DNA of 64,000 nucleotides from an uncultured Chloroflexia bacterium (GTDB taxonomy: Bacteria > Chloroflexota > Limnocylindria > Limnocylindrales > CSP1-4): contig CAWHSS010000003.1 in NCBI GenBank assembly GCA_963832105.1, positions 50,046 through 114,045 of the forward strand. The letters are read 5' to 3'. The translations under genes were made by a program, and so were the position numbers. Below, in pieces: positions 52,341-63,406 of the stretch. Under the pieces are notes generated by a model. The model saw only the letters and a list, made by a program, of their open reading frames with translations. It searched no databases and had not been told where the DNA came from. Each line of letters opens with the position of its first letter. Positions within the stretch are counted from its first letter, which is position 1.

Positions 52341-54514
52341 ATGGCCGAACCTGTCCGGTCGGATCTCACTCGCCCTGACGCTCCACAACCACCAGCCCGT
52401 CGGCAACTTCGGCTGGGTGATTGCCGAGACCTACGAGCGCGCCTACCTGCCCGATGCTCGAGGCCCTCGAACGCCACCCGGGCGTCCACCTCGCCCTCCA
52501 CTACACCGGTCCCCTCCTCGACTGGATCGCCGCCGAGCGGCCCGACGTTCTCGACCGCCTCGCCGCGCTCGTCGGCGCGCGGCCAGGTCGAGATCGTCGG
52601 CGGCGGCTGGTACGAGCCGGTCCTGGCCGCCCTGCCCGAGCGCGACCGGGTCGGCCAGCTCGTCCGGATGGCCGACGAGCTCGAGCGCCGCTTCGGCACG
52701 CGGCCGCGCGGCGCGTGGCTCGCCGAGCGGGTCTGGGAGCCGGACCTGCCGACCGTCGCTCATCACGGCCGGCTACGGCTGGACGGTCCTCGACGACGCC
52801 CACTTCCGGGCGGCGGCGATCCCCGAGGAGGCGCTCTGGGGCCCGTACACGACCGACGACCAGGGCAAGGTCCTGACGGTCTTCGGCACGGAGCAGGGCC
52901 TCCGCTACCGGATCCCGTTCTCCGAGGTCGAGCGACGTCATCGGCTACCTCCGCGACCACGCGACCGAGGCGGGCGACCGGGTCGGGACGATGGGCGACG
53001 ACGGCGAGAAGTTCGGTGGCTGGCCGAAGACCTTCGAGCACTGCTGGGGTCGATCCGGCTGGGTCGACGAATTCTTCACGGCGCTCGAGGCGAACGCCAG
53101 ACTGGCTGACGACCATCACGCCGTCGGGCTGGCTGGACGGCCACGGACCGGTCGGTCGGGTCTACCTGCCGACCGGGCTCCTACGCGGAGATGGGCGAGT
53201 GGGCACTGCCAGCCGACGAGGCGCTCGCGTTCGCCCGCGCCGTCAAGGAGGCCAAGGCCGCCGGGCCGGCCCGAGGCACGCTGGCTGCGCGGCGCGATCT
53301 GGCGCAACTTCCAGATCAAGTACCGCGAGGTCAACGACCTCCACAAGCAGATGCTCCGCGTCAGCGACCTCGTCGAGGCGATGCCGCGAGGCAGCGCCCG
53401 CGACGCCGCCCGCGACCACCTCTACGCCGGCCAGTCGAACGATCCTTACTGGCACGGCCTGTTCGGCGGGATCTACCTGCCCGACCTGCGGGTCGCGGCC
53501 CTCCGTCACCTGATCGCCGCCGAGGATCTCGCGCTTGGCGGCCCCGGTGCCCCGCGTCGCGTCCGGATTGCTCGTCGACCTCGATCTCGACGGGACCGAC
53601 GAGGTGCTTCTCGTCGGCGACGGCCAGATCGTCGCGGTCAAGCTCGATGAGGGGGCGGGCATCGGCCGCTGGGATCTGCGCGCCGCGCGGCACCCGCTGG
53701 CGGCGGTGATGCGGCGCCGACCGGAGGCCTACCACGAGAAGCTCCGCGAGCACGATCGAGCTGGCGGCACTCCGCCCCGGCGATCCGAGCGACGCCGAGT
53801 GAGCCCGCCTCGATCCACGACATCGTCATGGTGAAGCAGGAGGGCCTGTCGGAGCTCCTCCACTACGACCGATACGAGCGGCGATCCGGGCTCGTTCGCC
53901 TCCTCCCGACCTCGGCGACGGCGGCCGACTTCGATACGGGCACGCGCTCGCGACCTCGTGGCGGCGCCGGACGGGCCGTGGACTCTCGACTCGATCGGCC
54001 CCGACGAGGTCTCGGCGTCGTTCAGCGAGGGGCCTGTCGAGATCCGGAAGACGATCCGGATCGGTGGCGGACGGCTCGATCCGTCGCTCGCGGTCGAGGT
54101 CGAGGTCGCGAACACCTCCGGCAATCGCCTGGACGCGCTGCTCGGCATCGAATTCGCGGTCATGCTTCTCGGAGGCGGACACAATCCGGCGGCCTTCCAC
54201 GAAGTCGACGGACGGAAGATCGCCCATGACGAGCGGCTGGAGGTACGCGACATCGAACGCCTCGCGTCCGGCAACGAGCAGCTCGGCGTCGGGCTCGAGA
54301 CCGCGGTCGGACGGGCCGGTCAGACGCCTGGATCGCCCCGATCGAAAGCGTGTCGAACTCGGAGGCCGGCTTCGAGCTCGTCTACCAGGGCAGCGCCATC
54401 CTGCTGTTCCGCCCCATCGCGCTCGCCCCCGGTGAGCGCACCTCGCTGCGGGTCGACCAGCGCGTGACCGTGCGAGCGGACGTCTCGGCCCCGGAGGCCG
54501 CGGCCCGTCCGTGA
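52341..54514 (+). CDS. GH57 family alpha-amylase/4-alpha-glucanotransferase-like protein with a C-terminal DUF1925/1926-like domain; at least 5 apparent frameshifts
   Basis: LALTLHNHQPVGNFGWVIAETYERAYLP and GDDGEKFGGWP are GH57 motifs; YWHGLFGGIYLPDLR; C-terminal beta domain in ORF 53958-54467. Stop overlaps the next gene's GTG (GTGA). Confidence 0.7.
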
Positions 54515-55925
54515 CCCGCGGCCGTCTCGCCGTTCACGCCCACTTCTACCAGCCCTCCCGGGTCGATCCGTGGACCGGCCAGGTGCCGGTAGAGCCGTCG
54601 GCGGCGCCGTTCCACGACTGGAACGAGCGGGTCGATGCGGAGTGCTATCGACCGAACGCTGCGCGGGGCAACCTCGAGCGGATCTCCTGGGATCTCGGGC
54701 CGACGCTCGGATCGTGGCTCGCGGCCGAGGACCCGGCGACCCACGGTGCCTTCGTCGCGGCCGCGGCCGGCGGCGATGCCATGGCCCAGGCGTTCCATCA
54801 CTCGATCCTGCCGCTCGCCTCGGCCGCCGATCGACGGACGGAGATCCGGTGGGGCCTGCGCGAGTTCGAGATCCGCTTCGGCCGGCGCGCCGGCCGGGCT
54901 GTGGCTGCCCGAGACGGCCGTCGACCTGCCGACCCTCCGGATCGCGGCCGAGGAGGGCGTGCGCTACACGATCCTCGCCCCGTGGCAGACCGACTGACCC
55001 GGGGATCGATACCCGCCGGCCGTATCGCGTCGACGTCGGCGGCGGCCGCTTCGTGGTCGTGGTCTTCTACGACGCCGGGCTGTCGACGTCGGTCTCGTTC
55101 GAGCCGGAGGCGACGTCCGACGCGGACCGTTTCGCCCGCGAGCGGGTCGCCGCGCGGCTGGGCGGTGGCGACGTGGCGGACGGCCTGCCGCCGCTCGCGC
55201 TCATCGCGTCAGACGGCGAGCTCTACGGCCACCACCAGCAGTTCCGCGACCTCTTCCTCCAGCGCCTCGTCTCGCCGGAACCGGGATCCGCGGATCGCGG
55301 CTTCGACGTCGTCCGCCTCGCCGAGGCGATCGCCGAGGAGCCGGGCCGCCCTCACCCGGTCATCCGTATCGCGGATCGGACGTCGTGGAGCTGCCACCAC
55401 GGGGTGCTGCGCTGGTGGGCCGAATGCGCCGACGCGGCCGACGGCCGCTGGAAGGGTCCGCTGCGGGCGGCCTTCGAGCGGCTCGCCGGCGGGATCGACG
55501 TCGCCACCGAGGTGGCCTTCGATCGCCTCCCGGGTGCGCCCGACCCGTGGGCGCTGCGCGACGCCTGGGTCGATGTCGTGGTCGGGGCGACGACCGCCGA
55601 GGCGTTCGTGGCGGAACATGCGCCGGCCGTGACGACCGAGGCGGATCGCGGAATGATCGAGAGCCTGCTCGAGGCCCAGCGCTGGCGGCTGGCGATGTTC
55701 GCGAGCGACGGCTGGTTCTGGGACGACCCGATCCGCGTCGAGACCCGCCAGGTGCTGCGGGCCGCTGCCCGCGCGGCGCAGATCGTCGACGGCGTCGCCG
55801 GCACGACCCTGGAGGCCCGCCTCCTCGATGACCTGTCGCTGCTCGTCTCGCCATCGCGCGGCTTCGACGGCGCCGAGATCTACCGGATTGCCCTGGCCGA
55901 TGTCGGCCAGCCCGCGCCGGGGTGA
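54511..55925 (+). CDS. second GH57-like protein (DUF3536 family); at least 1 apparent frameshift about 54900-55000
   Basis: LAVHAHFYQPSR...PFHDWNERV...AFHHSILPLA is a GH57-like N-terminus. DUF3536-type C-terminus in ORF 54570-55925. Confidence 0.7.
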
Positions 55926-56027
55926 TCCGCTCAGCGCAAACGGCGGCGAGGAATCAATCAGCCCGCGGCCTGCGCGCCACGGGCTGATTGGGTGCGCCGG
56001 ACTATCCGGCGGGAAGTGGACGAGGGG

Positions 56028-56162
56028 TCAGGACAGGCCGACCGGGGTGGCCGGGCGTCGTGGATCCGACGATGAGTCGCTCGAGTCGACACCGAACTGG
56101 GTCGCAAGGATGCCAAGCATCGCCAGGAGCAGAATGACGATCAACATTTCGATACCGGCCAT
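56028..56162 (-). CDS. possible 44-aa single-TM small protein, divergent from the GntR gene
   Basis: ATG preceded by AAGAAGGGA at a 7-bp spacing. MAGIEMLIVILLLAMLGILATQFG then a Ser/Asp-rich tail. Confidence 0.3.
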   Translation of the reverse strand: MAGIEMLIVILLLAMLGILATQFGVDSSDSSSDPRRPATPVGLS

Positions 56163-56226
56163 CCGAGTATCCCTTCTTGGTATAGTTGGCTAGGCCAAAT
56201 CGGATCGTAACTTGGACTAGAGTACT

Positions 56227-57258
56227 GTGTCAACAGACGAAATCGAACTACCGCCACCTCAGCAACCGGCCTCCGGCAGCGAGCTCGATGTCGAGCGCGA
56301 TTCCGATGTTCCTATCTCGACTCAGATCTTCTGGCAGCTCGCCTATCAGATCGATTCCGGTCGGCTGCTGCCCGGTGCCCGCCTCGCGCCGGTGCGCGAA
56401 TTGGGTGCCGCACTCCGAGTAAACCCCAACACGATCCGGGCGGTCTATCGGCGTCTGGCCGACGCGGGCTACGTCACAAGTCGCCATGGCGCCGGGACAC
56501 ATGTCGCCGACCGCCCGCCCCAGCGCCGCGGCGCCGAGGCGCTGGCCGGCATCGTCGCGGAGATGCTCCGGCGCGCCGCCCAGGCCGGCTTCACGGCCGA
56601 CGAGGTCGCCGCTGCCGCGTTCGCCGCGGCCACGGAGCGGAAGCGGCCGGGGGCCCGCGTCCAGGTCCTGTTCGCGGAGTGCACGAACGCCGATGCCGGC
56701 TACGACGCGGCGCGGCTCGTCGACGCCTTCCCCGGCCAGATCGATGCCGAGGGAACGCTCCTCGACGACCTCCCGGATCGGCTCGAGCGGTTCCACTACG
56801 ACCTCGTCGCCACGACGACGTTCCACGCCGACGAGGCCCAGGCGCTCGTCCACGGCCGCGTCCCGGTCGTCGCGATGCTCGTCGGCCCGGGCTACGTCGA
56901 GCTCGTCCACGAGATCGCCGGCCTGAAGGCGGGCTCCCGGATCGGTCTCGTGTGCGCATCCGAGCGCGGGGCGGAGAACATGGCCGAGACGCTCGCGCTG
57001 TCGGGCACGACCGGCATCGAGCTGATCAGCGCGCCGATGGACGACGAAGCGGGCATCGCGCTGGTCGACCGGACCGCCGACGTGATCCTGCTCTCCCGCG
57101 AGGCGTTCGCGAAGGGCCTCGACAAGCGGTTCGAGCGGCCGGAGCGGATCCGCCAGTGGTCGTACGAGTTCGACCCGTCGGGCCTCGAGTTCCTGCGGCG
57201 CGCCGTCGAGCACGTCATCGCCACGCGGCGCACCGAGGCGGTCCCCGCCGGAGCGTGA
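56227..57258 (+). CDS. GntR family transcriptional regulator with a roughly 230-aa C-terminal sensor domain
   Basis: Winged-HTH VPISTQIFWQLAYQIDSGRLLPGARLAPVRELGAALRVNPNTIRAVYRRLADAGYV. Intact 343 aa. Confidence 0.8.
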   Translation: MSTDEIELPPPQQPASGSELDVERDSDVPISTQIFWQLAYQIDSGRLLPGARLAPVRELGAALRVNPNTIRAVYRRLADAGYVTSRHGAGTHVADRPPQRRGAEALAGIVAEMLRRAAQAGFTADEVAAAAFAAATERKRPGARVQVLFAECTNADAGYDAARLVDAFPGQIDAEGTLLDDLPDRLERFHYDLVATTTFHADEAQALVHGRVPVVAMLVGPGYVELVHEIAGLKAGSRIGLVCASERGAENMAETLALSGTTGIELISAPMDDEAGIALVDRTADVILLSREAFAKGLDKRFERPERIRQWSYEFDPSGLEFLRRAVEHVIATRRTEAVPAGA

Positions 57259-57270
57259 CATCCTGTTCCG

Positions 57271-60200
57271 ATGCGGGAGCTGCGTGTCGGCAAGTCGTCA
57301 CGGAAGCGATACGACCTCGACGGCCGTCATCTCGGCTCGGACGGCCAGCTCCTCGTCGATGAGGTCGCCGCCGCCCGCCGGCTTGCCGCGCGGCTGAACG
57401 AGCGGGCAGCCGGCGGAGCCCCGAGCGCCCACGCCGGCGAGATCGTCGCCCTGGGGCTCCTCCACGAGATCGGCCACGCGCTCATCGACAACTACGAGCA
57501 GGAGGTCGCGCCGAACGTCTTCGGCGACGCCCTGGCCGAGCTCGACACGCAGCTCGGGCGGCGGAGCGTCGACGACGTCCTCGATCGGCTGTCCGCGGAG
57601 TTCGGTGCGGAGCCGGGTCGCCCGGACCTCCTCGAGTCGCTCCTGCTCCTCGACGTCGCCGCCGCGAACCCCGCGAGCCAGCCACTCCATCCGCTCGTCG
57701 ACCCGGGGCCTGTCGCCAAGGCCAAGGCGTACGCGGCGCTGACGAGCGGCATCGACGGCGTCTTCCGGGTCGACGGCGACCCGGCGGGCGGCGGCGAGAC
57801 GCTCGTCGATCTGCTCCGCGCGCCCGCGCGCCACTCGCCGACCTCGCTCGCGGGCCAGCTGCGGTACGCCCGCGACCGCTGGGGGAGCATCCTGCCGCCG
57901 GAGCTCGCGGCGCGCCTCGTCGCGGGCGAGGACCTGCTGGCGGAGGAGGAACGGGCCCTTCACCTGCGGTTCGGTGGCGGCGGCGGGGGCGGACCGGGCA
58001 CCGCGGAGGCGCCGTCCTTCGCCGGCGCCGACGTCGAGGCCGAGCGGTTCAGCGACGATCGCGACTGGATGCCGCGCCTCGTCCTTGCCGCCAAGAGCAC
58101 GTACGTCTGGCTCGATCAGCTGTCGCGTGGCTACGGCCGCGAGATCCGGACGCTCGATGCGATCCCCGACGAGGAGCTCGATCAGCTCGCGCGACGCGGG
58201 ATCACGGGGCTCTGGCTCATCGGCCTGTGGGAGCGCTCGACGGGCATCCGAGAAGATCAAGCGCTGGCGCGGCAACGAGGATGCCGTGGCCTCGGCGTAT
58301 TCCCTCGACGACTACCGGATCGCCGCCGACCTCGGTGGAGATGCTGCTCACGCGAACCTTCGCGATCGGGCCGCTGCGCGCGGCATCCGACTCGCGTCGG
58401 ACATGGTGCCCAACCACATGGGGATCGACTCGCGCTGGGTGATCGATCACCCGGATCGATTCATCTGGGTGCCCGAGCCGCCGTTCCCCGCCTACACGTA
58501 CACCGGCGACAACCTGGCCGACGACGATCGCGTCGAGATCCGCCTCGAGGACCACTACTGGAACGACACCGATGCCGCCGTCGTATTCGAGCGGCGCGAC
58601 CGGGCGACCGGCGACGTTCGGTACGTCTATCACGGCAACGACGGGACGAGCTTTCCGTGGAACGACACGGCCCAGCTCGACTACCTCAAGGCCGACGTCC
58701 GCGAGGCCGTCATCCAGACGATCCTCGAGGTCGCCCGGCGCTTTCCGGTGATCCGCTTCGACGCCGCGATGGTCCTCGCGAAGCGGCACATCGAGCGCCT
58801 CTGGTGGCCCGAGCCCGGCCAGGGCGGGGCGATCCCGTCGCGGAGCCACTACGCGATGACGAAGGCGGCGTTCGATGCGCTCATGCCCGACGAGTTCTGG
58901 CGCGAGGTCGTCGATCGGGTCGCCGCGGAGGCCCCGGACACGCTCCTCCTGGCCGAGGCCTTCTGGATGATGGAGGGCTACTTCGTCCGGACCCTCGGCA
59001 TGCACCGCGTCTACAACAGCGCGTTCATGCACATGCTCCGCGACGAGGACAACGCGGGCTACCGCAAGGTGATCCGCGACACCCTCGAGTTCGACCCCGA
59101 GATCATCAAGCGCTACGTGAACTTCATGACGAACCCGGACGAGGAGACGGCGATCGAGCAGTTCGGGACCGGCGACAAGTACTTCGGCGTGGCCACGCTC
59201 CTCGCGACGCTGCCCGGGCTGCCGATGATCGGCCACGGCCAGATCGAGGGCTTCGGCGAGAAGTACGGCATGGAGTTCCGCCGGGCCCGCCTCGACGAGC
59301 AGCCGAACGAGGAGCTGATCGCCCGGTTCGAACGGGAGATCGTGCCGCTCCTCCACGAGCGGGCGGCGCTACGCCGGCGCCGCCGACTTCCACCTCTACG
59401 ACGTCACGGGCGACGACGGGGCGATCGTCGACGACGTCTTCGCCTACTCGAACGGGCGCGGGCCGGATCGCTCGCTCGTCGTCTATCACAACCGGTTCGG
59501 GACGGCCGCGGGCTGGATCCGGGATGTCGGTGCCGTTCGCTCGCAAGGCCGGCGACGGGTCGAAGGCGCTCGCGACCGCCACGCTCTCCGGGGCATTCGA
59601 GATCCCGAGCGACCCCGACGTCTTCGTCGCCTTCCGGGAGGCGCGCTCCGGCCTCGAGTACCTGCGACCCGCCCGGGAGGTGGTCGAGCGCGGGCTCTTC
59701 GTGGAGCTCGACGCCTACCGCTGCCTCGTCTTCGGCTCGTTCAGGGAGCTCCGCCACGCGCCGGAGGAGCGCTGGGCAGAGCTGGCGGCGAGACTCGGCG
59801 GGGACCGGTGTGCCGTCCCTCGACGACGCCCTCGCCGACGTCCGGCTGGCACCCGTCCATGGCGCCGTCGCGGCGCTCCTCGCGCCGGATCTGGAGCCCG
59901 CCGAGGTCGCGCGTCGCCGAGCGGTGCTGATGGAGCGGGCGGGCCTGCCGGCCGAAGCGGCTGCCACCACGGTTCGCCGAGGTGCCACTCCCACTCCCCC
60001 ACCGTCCGACCTCGACCCGGCCGCTCGGGCGGCGGCACTGCTTCGGCCGATCGACAGGGCCCAGTTCGACGAACTTCGGCTTGGAAAGGCGCTCCGAGCG
60101 ATCGGTTTCGACGCGTGGGCCGTCGCGCGGATTCGGATCGCCCTGGGGCTCGCTCGGCCGTCGCAGGTCCGCGACCCGGCCCGGCTCGCCGCCGCGTGGC

Positions 60201-60433
60201 TCGACGACCACGAGATCCGGGCGTTCCTCGGTGTCAACACGTGGGAAGGCGTCGAGTGGTTCTCGAAGGAATCCTTCGAGACGCTGCTTGACCTGGCGGT
60301 CGCGCTCGATCGGGCCGACGGCGTCAGCCGGACCTCACCCGCGGTCGGCAAACTGCGGCGCGCGGCGGAGGCGGCCGGGTATCGGGTCGATCAGTTCCTC
60401 GCCGCGCTCCAGGCGCCGGCGAAAGCCGTCTAA
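57271..60433 (+). CDS. large (about 1050 aa) GH13 alpha-amylase-family protein with a roughly 300-aa N-terminal extension; at least 5 apparent frameshifts
   Basis: ELDQLARRGITGLWLIGLWERS (barrel beta-2-like); DMVPNHMG (region I, the TreY-like VPNHM form); AEAFWMMEGYF; GHGQIEGFGEKYGMEFRRARLDE; long C-terminal helical domain ending ...AALQAPAKAV*. Confidence 0.75.
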
Positions 60434-60485
60434 GCCGCCGGCAAGAAGGCACCGCGGCCTCGCTCGTCCTGACCTGTCGTCGGCC

Positions 60486-62284
60486 TCAGTCGCCGAGGAC
60501 AAGCCGCCGCAGGATCGGGATCGGTGGCGTGCCGTGGGCGAGGACGGATTCGAGGTGCTCCCGGTAGACGAAGCCGGGAGTCTCGCCGAGACCGCCGACG
60601 ACCCGCGGTTCGGGCACCGCGTCGGCGCCGCGCGCATCGCCCGACGCGGCGGCCAGCCGGCGCCGCCGTTCGCGCTCGAGATCCCACATCGCCATCGAGC
60701 CGACGAAGTACGTGCAGAGCTGGGTCGACGACAGCCGCGCGCGGTCGTACTTCGCCCGCGCCTCGGCCTCCTCCTGGAAGCCGCCGTCGACCATCAGCGA
60801 GACCGCCTCGTCCTCGGTCATGCCGGCCGTGTGGATCCCGACGTCGATCATCGCGTTCGTGACCGCCCGGAGGTAGAACTTCCAATGGGTCAGCAGCAGC
60901 GCCGGGTCGTCCGCCCCGTAGCCCTGCGTCGAGCATGACCTGCGTGACGTACACGGCCCAGCCCTCGGCGAACACGCCGCTGCCGAAGATGCTCCGCGCG
61001 ATCGAGGGGCAGCGGTTCGCGTAGACGCCCTGGAGGTAGTGGCCGGGCACCGCCTCGTGAATCGTCAGCAGCCGGAGCATCCGGTCGTTGTCCTCGCGGA
61101 GATACGACTCGGCCTGCTCGGCGGACCAATCGTCGGGGATCGGCGTCACGGAGAAGAACGTCTTCTGGCCCTTGTCGAGCGGTCCGGGCGAGTCGAGCAT
61201 CGCGCCACCGAACGACCGCATGAAAACCGGCGTCCAACGGATCTCGAGCGGGTCGTCGGCCAGGCCGATGAGATCGCGGTCCCGGCAGAACGCCTCGATC
61301 CGACCGAGCTCCTCGCGGCAGAAGTCGAGGATCGCCTCGCGCTCCGGATGCTCGAGGGCGATCGCGTCGAGCACCTCCCGGACCGCCGCCGAGTCGTCGT
61401 CCGGCACCGGGCCGTCCTTGAGCCACTGCGGCCCGATCTCGCGGGCGATCCGGACCATCTCGGCCCGGACCGCGGCGAACTCGGCGGCCGACTGCTTCGA
61501 GACGGAGTCGATCGTCACCTCGTCCGATCCGAACGTGTGGAACAGCTTCCGGGCGAACAGGTCGGCGCCCAGCCGGCCCTCCCCGTCCGAACCGGGCAGA
61601 ACCCCTTCTCGGAGATGGCGTTCGAACCCGGCGAGGGCCGTCCTCGCGACCTCTGCGGCCGCCCTGAGACGTGGGGCGACGGCGGCGACGGCCGAGTCGG
61701 TCGGCTCCGCGGCGGCCGCCGCGCCAAGCGCGTCGTCGATGAGCTCGGGGATGCCGGGGAGCTGGGCGATCGCCTTCTCCGTGTGGAATCGAGCCACCGG
61801 CCGGCCGTCGTGGCCGACGAGCGCGTCGCGCGCGGCGGACAGGACGAGCGGCATTCCCTCCAGGCGCCCGGCCACCGACGCGAGGCGATCGGCGAGCGGC
61901 GCAAAGTCGCGGGCGATCAGCGGGAAGATGCCGTCGCCGAGCAGATAGATCCAGTCGAGCGGGTTCCAGCGGTCCTCCCGCAGGTCCACCTCGCTGAACC
62001 GGTGGGCGTCGAGCACGGCCAGCAGGAGGTCCCGGTCGGCCCGCTCGTCGGGCGTCACCTGGGCTTCGTCGGACGCCTTGAGCTCCTCGCTCCAGCGGTC
62101 GTAGAAGGCCAGCCGCGCCTCTCGGCCGCCTTCGGTCAGGTCGGGCCAGCGGCCGTCGTGGTCGTGCATGCCGGCAGCCGTCGCGGCCAGCGGCAGGAGG
62201 CTGAAGTACTCGGCGAGAAACGCGTCGACGCGTGCGGAGAAGTCGGACACGGTGCCTCCGTCGAACATTGCGGGTGGAGGCCAT
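60486..62284 (-). CDS. DUF885 family protein (putative metallopeptidase-like); apparent frameshift about 60880
   Basis: HEAVPGHYLQ is the DUF885 signature. C-terminal 120 aa in ORF 60486-60851. Confidence 0.75.
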
Positions 62285-62298
62285 CGTACGATCCCGCG

Positions 62299-62895
62299 GT
62301 GACCGACGCCCTCCGCATCGAACCCGTGACCCTCGAGGGCCGCATCGTCCGGCTCGAGCCGCTGACGCTCGACCACATCCCGGGCCTCGCCGAGGTCGGG
62401 CTCGACGAGGAGATCTGGCGCTGGACGCTAGCCCGGCCGCGGTCGGAGGCGGACCTGCGCGAGTGGGCCGCCTCGACGATCGCGGCCCGCGACGCCGGCA
62501 CGGAGCTGCCGTTCGCCACGATCGACGCGGCGACGGGCCGCCCGATCGGCTCCAGCCGGTACCTGAACATCGTCATGGAGCACCGCCGGCTGGAGATCGG
62601 CTGGACGTGGGTGGCGCCGCCCTGGCAACGAACCGGCGCCAATCGAGAAGCGAAGCTGCTGATGCTGGAGCACGCGTTCGATCGCCTCGGCTGCCGGCGG
62701 GTCGAGTTCAAGACCGACTCGAACAACGAGAAGTCGCGCACGGCGCTGCTGGGCATCGGCGCTGCGTTCGAGGGCATCTTCCGCAATCACATGGTCACGC
62801 CCGGCGACGGGACGCGGCACTCCGCCTGGTACAGCGTGATCGACGAGGAGTGGCCGGCCGTTCGAGCGAGGCTCGAGGCGTCTCTCGGGCGCTGA
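62299..62895 (+). CDS. GNAT family N-acetyltransferase (RimJ/RimL-like)
   Basis: Tail of ORF 61039-62895, from a GTG start: IVRLEPLTLDH...YLNIVMEHRRLEIGWTWVAPPWQRTGANREAKLLMLEHAFDRLGCRRVEF is an acetyl-CoA-binding core. Confidence 0.75.
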   Translation: MTDALRIEPVTLEGRIVRLEPLTLDHIPGLAEVGLDEEIWRWTLARPRSEADLREWAASTIAARDAGTELPFATIDAATGRPIGSSRYLNIVMEHRRLEIGWTWVAPPWQRTGANREAKLLMLEHAFDRLGCRRVEFKTDSNNEKSRTALLGIGAAFEGIFRNHMVTPGDGTRHSAWYSVIDEEWPAVRARLEASLGR

Positions 62896-62992
62896 GGGAC
62901 GTCTCGTCCGCCCGCAACGTGCGGCGGGCCTCGCCAGCGCCCCCGGCGTCTGCCATCATCGCGCCACCGTCCGCACAGAGGGAGACGCACCA

Positions 62993-63403
62993 ATGGTCGA
63001 GCTGATCATCCGGATCCTCGTCAACGCGGCCGCCGTCTGGGTCGCGGTCCAGGTCCTGCCCGACAACCTGCTCTCGTTCGACTTCGGCAACGACTGGTGG
63101 AAGCTGCTCGCGGTTGCCCTGGTCTTCGCCCTGATCAACAGCTACATCAAGCCGATCGTCAAGGCCCTGTCGTTCCCGATCAGCATGATGACCCTCGGGC
63201 TCGTTGCCTTCGTCATCAACGCCTTGATGCTCCTCGTCGTTGCCTTCATCTCGGGCCAGCTGAAGCTCGGCTTCAAGGTCGGCGACTTCCCGCCGGACCT
63301 CGCGTCCTCCGACACGCTGGTCGGGGCGCTCGTCGCCTCGCTGATCATCAGCGTCGTCTCGACGCTCGCCAGCATCGCCTTGACGCCGCGCAAGCTCCTG
63401 TAG
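62993..63403 (+). CDS. phage-holin-family (4 TMS) membrane protein
   Basis: GAGGGAG RBS. 136 aa with four TM helices, the typical mycobacterial 4-TMS holin superfamily layout. Confidence 0.6.
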   Translation: MVELIIRILVNAAAVWVAVQVLPDNLLSFDFGNDWWKLLAVALVFALINSYIKPIVKALSFPISMMTLGLVAFVINALMLLVVAFISGQLKLGFKVGDFPPDLASSDTLVGALVASLIISVVSTLASIALTPRKLL

Positions 63404-63406
63404 GGC

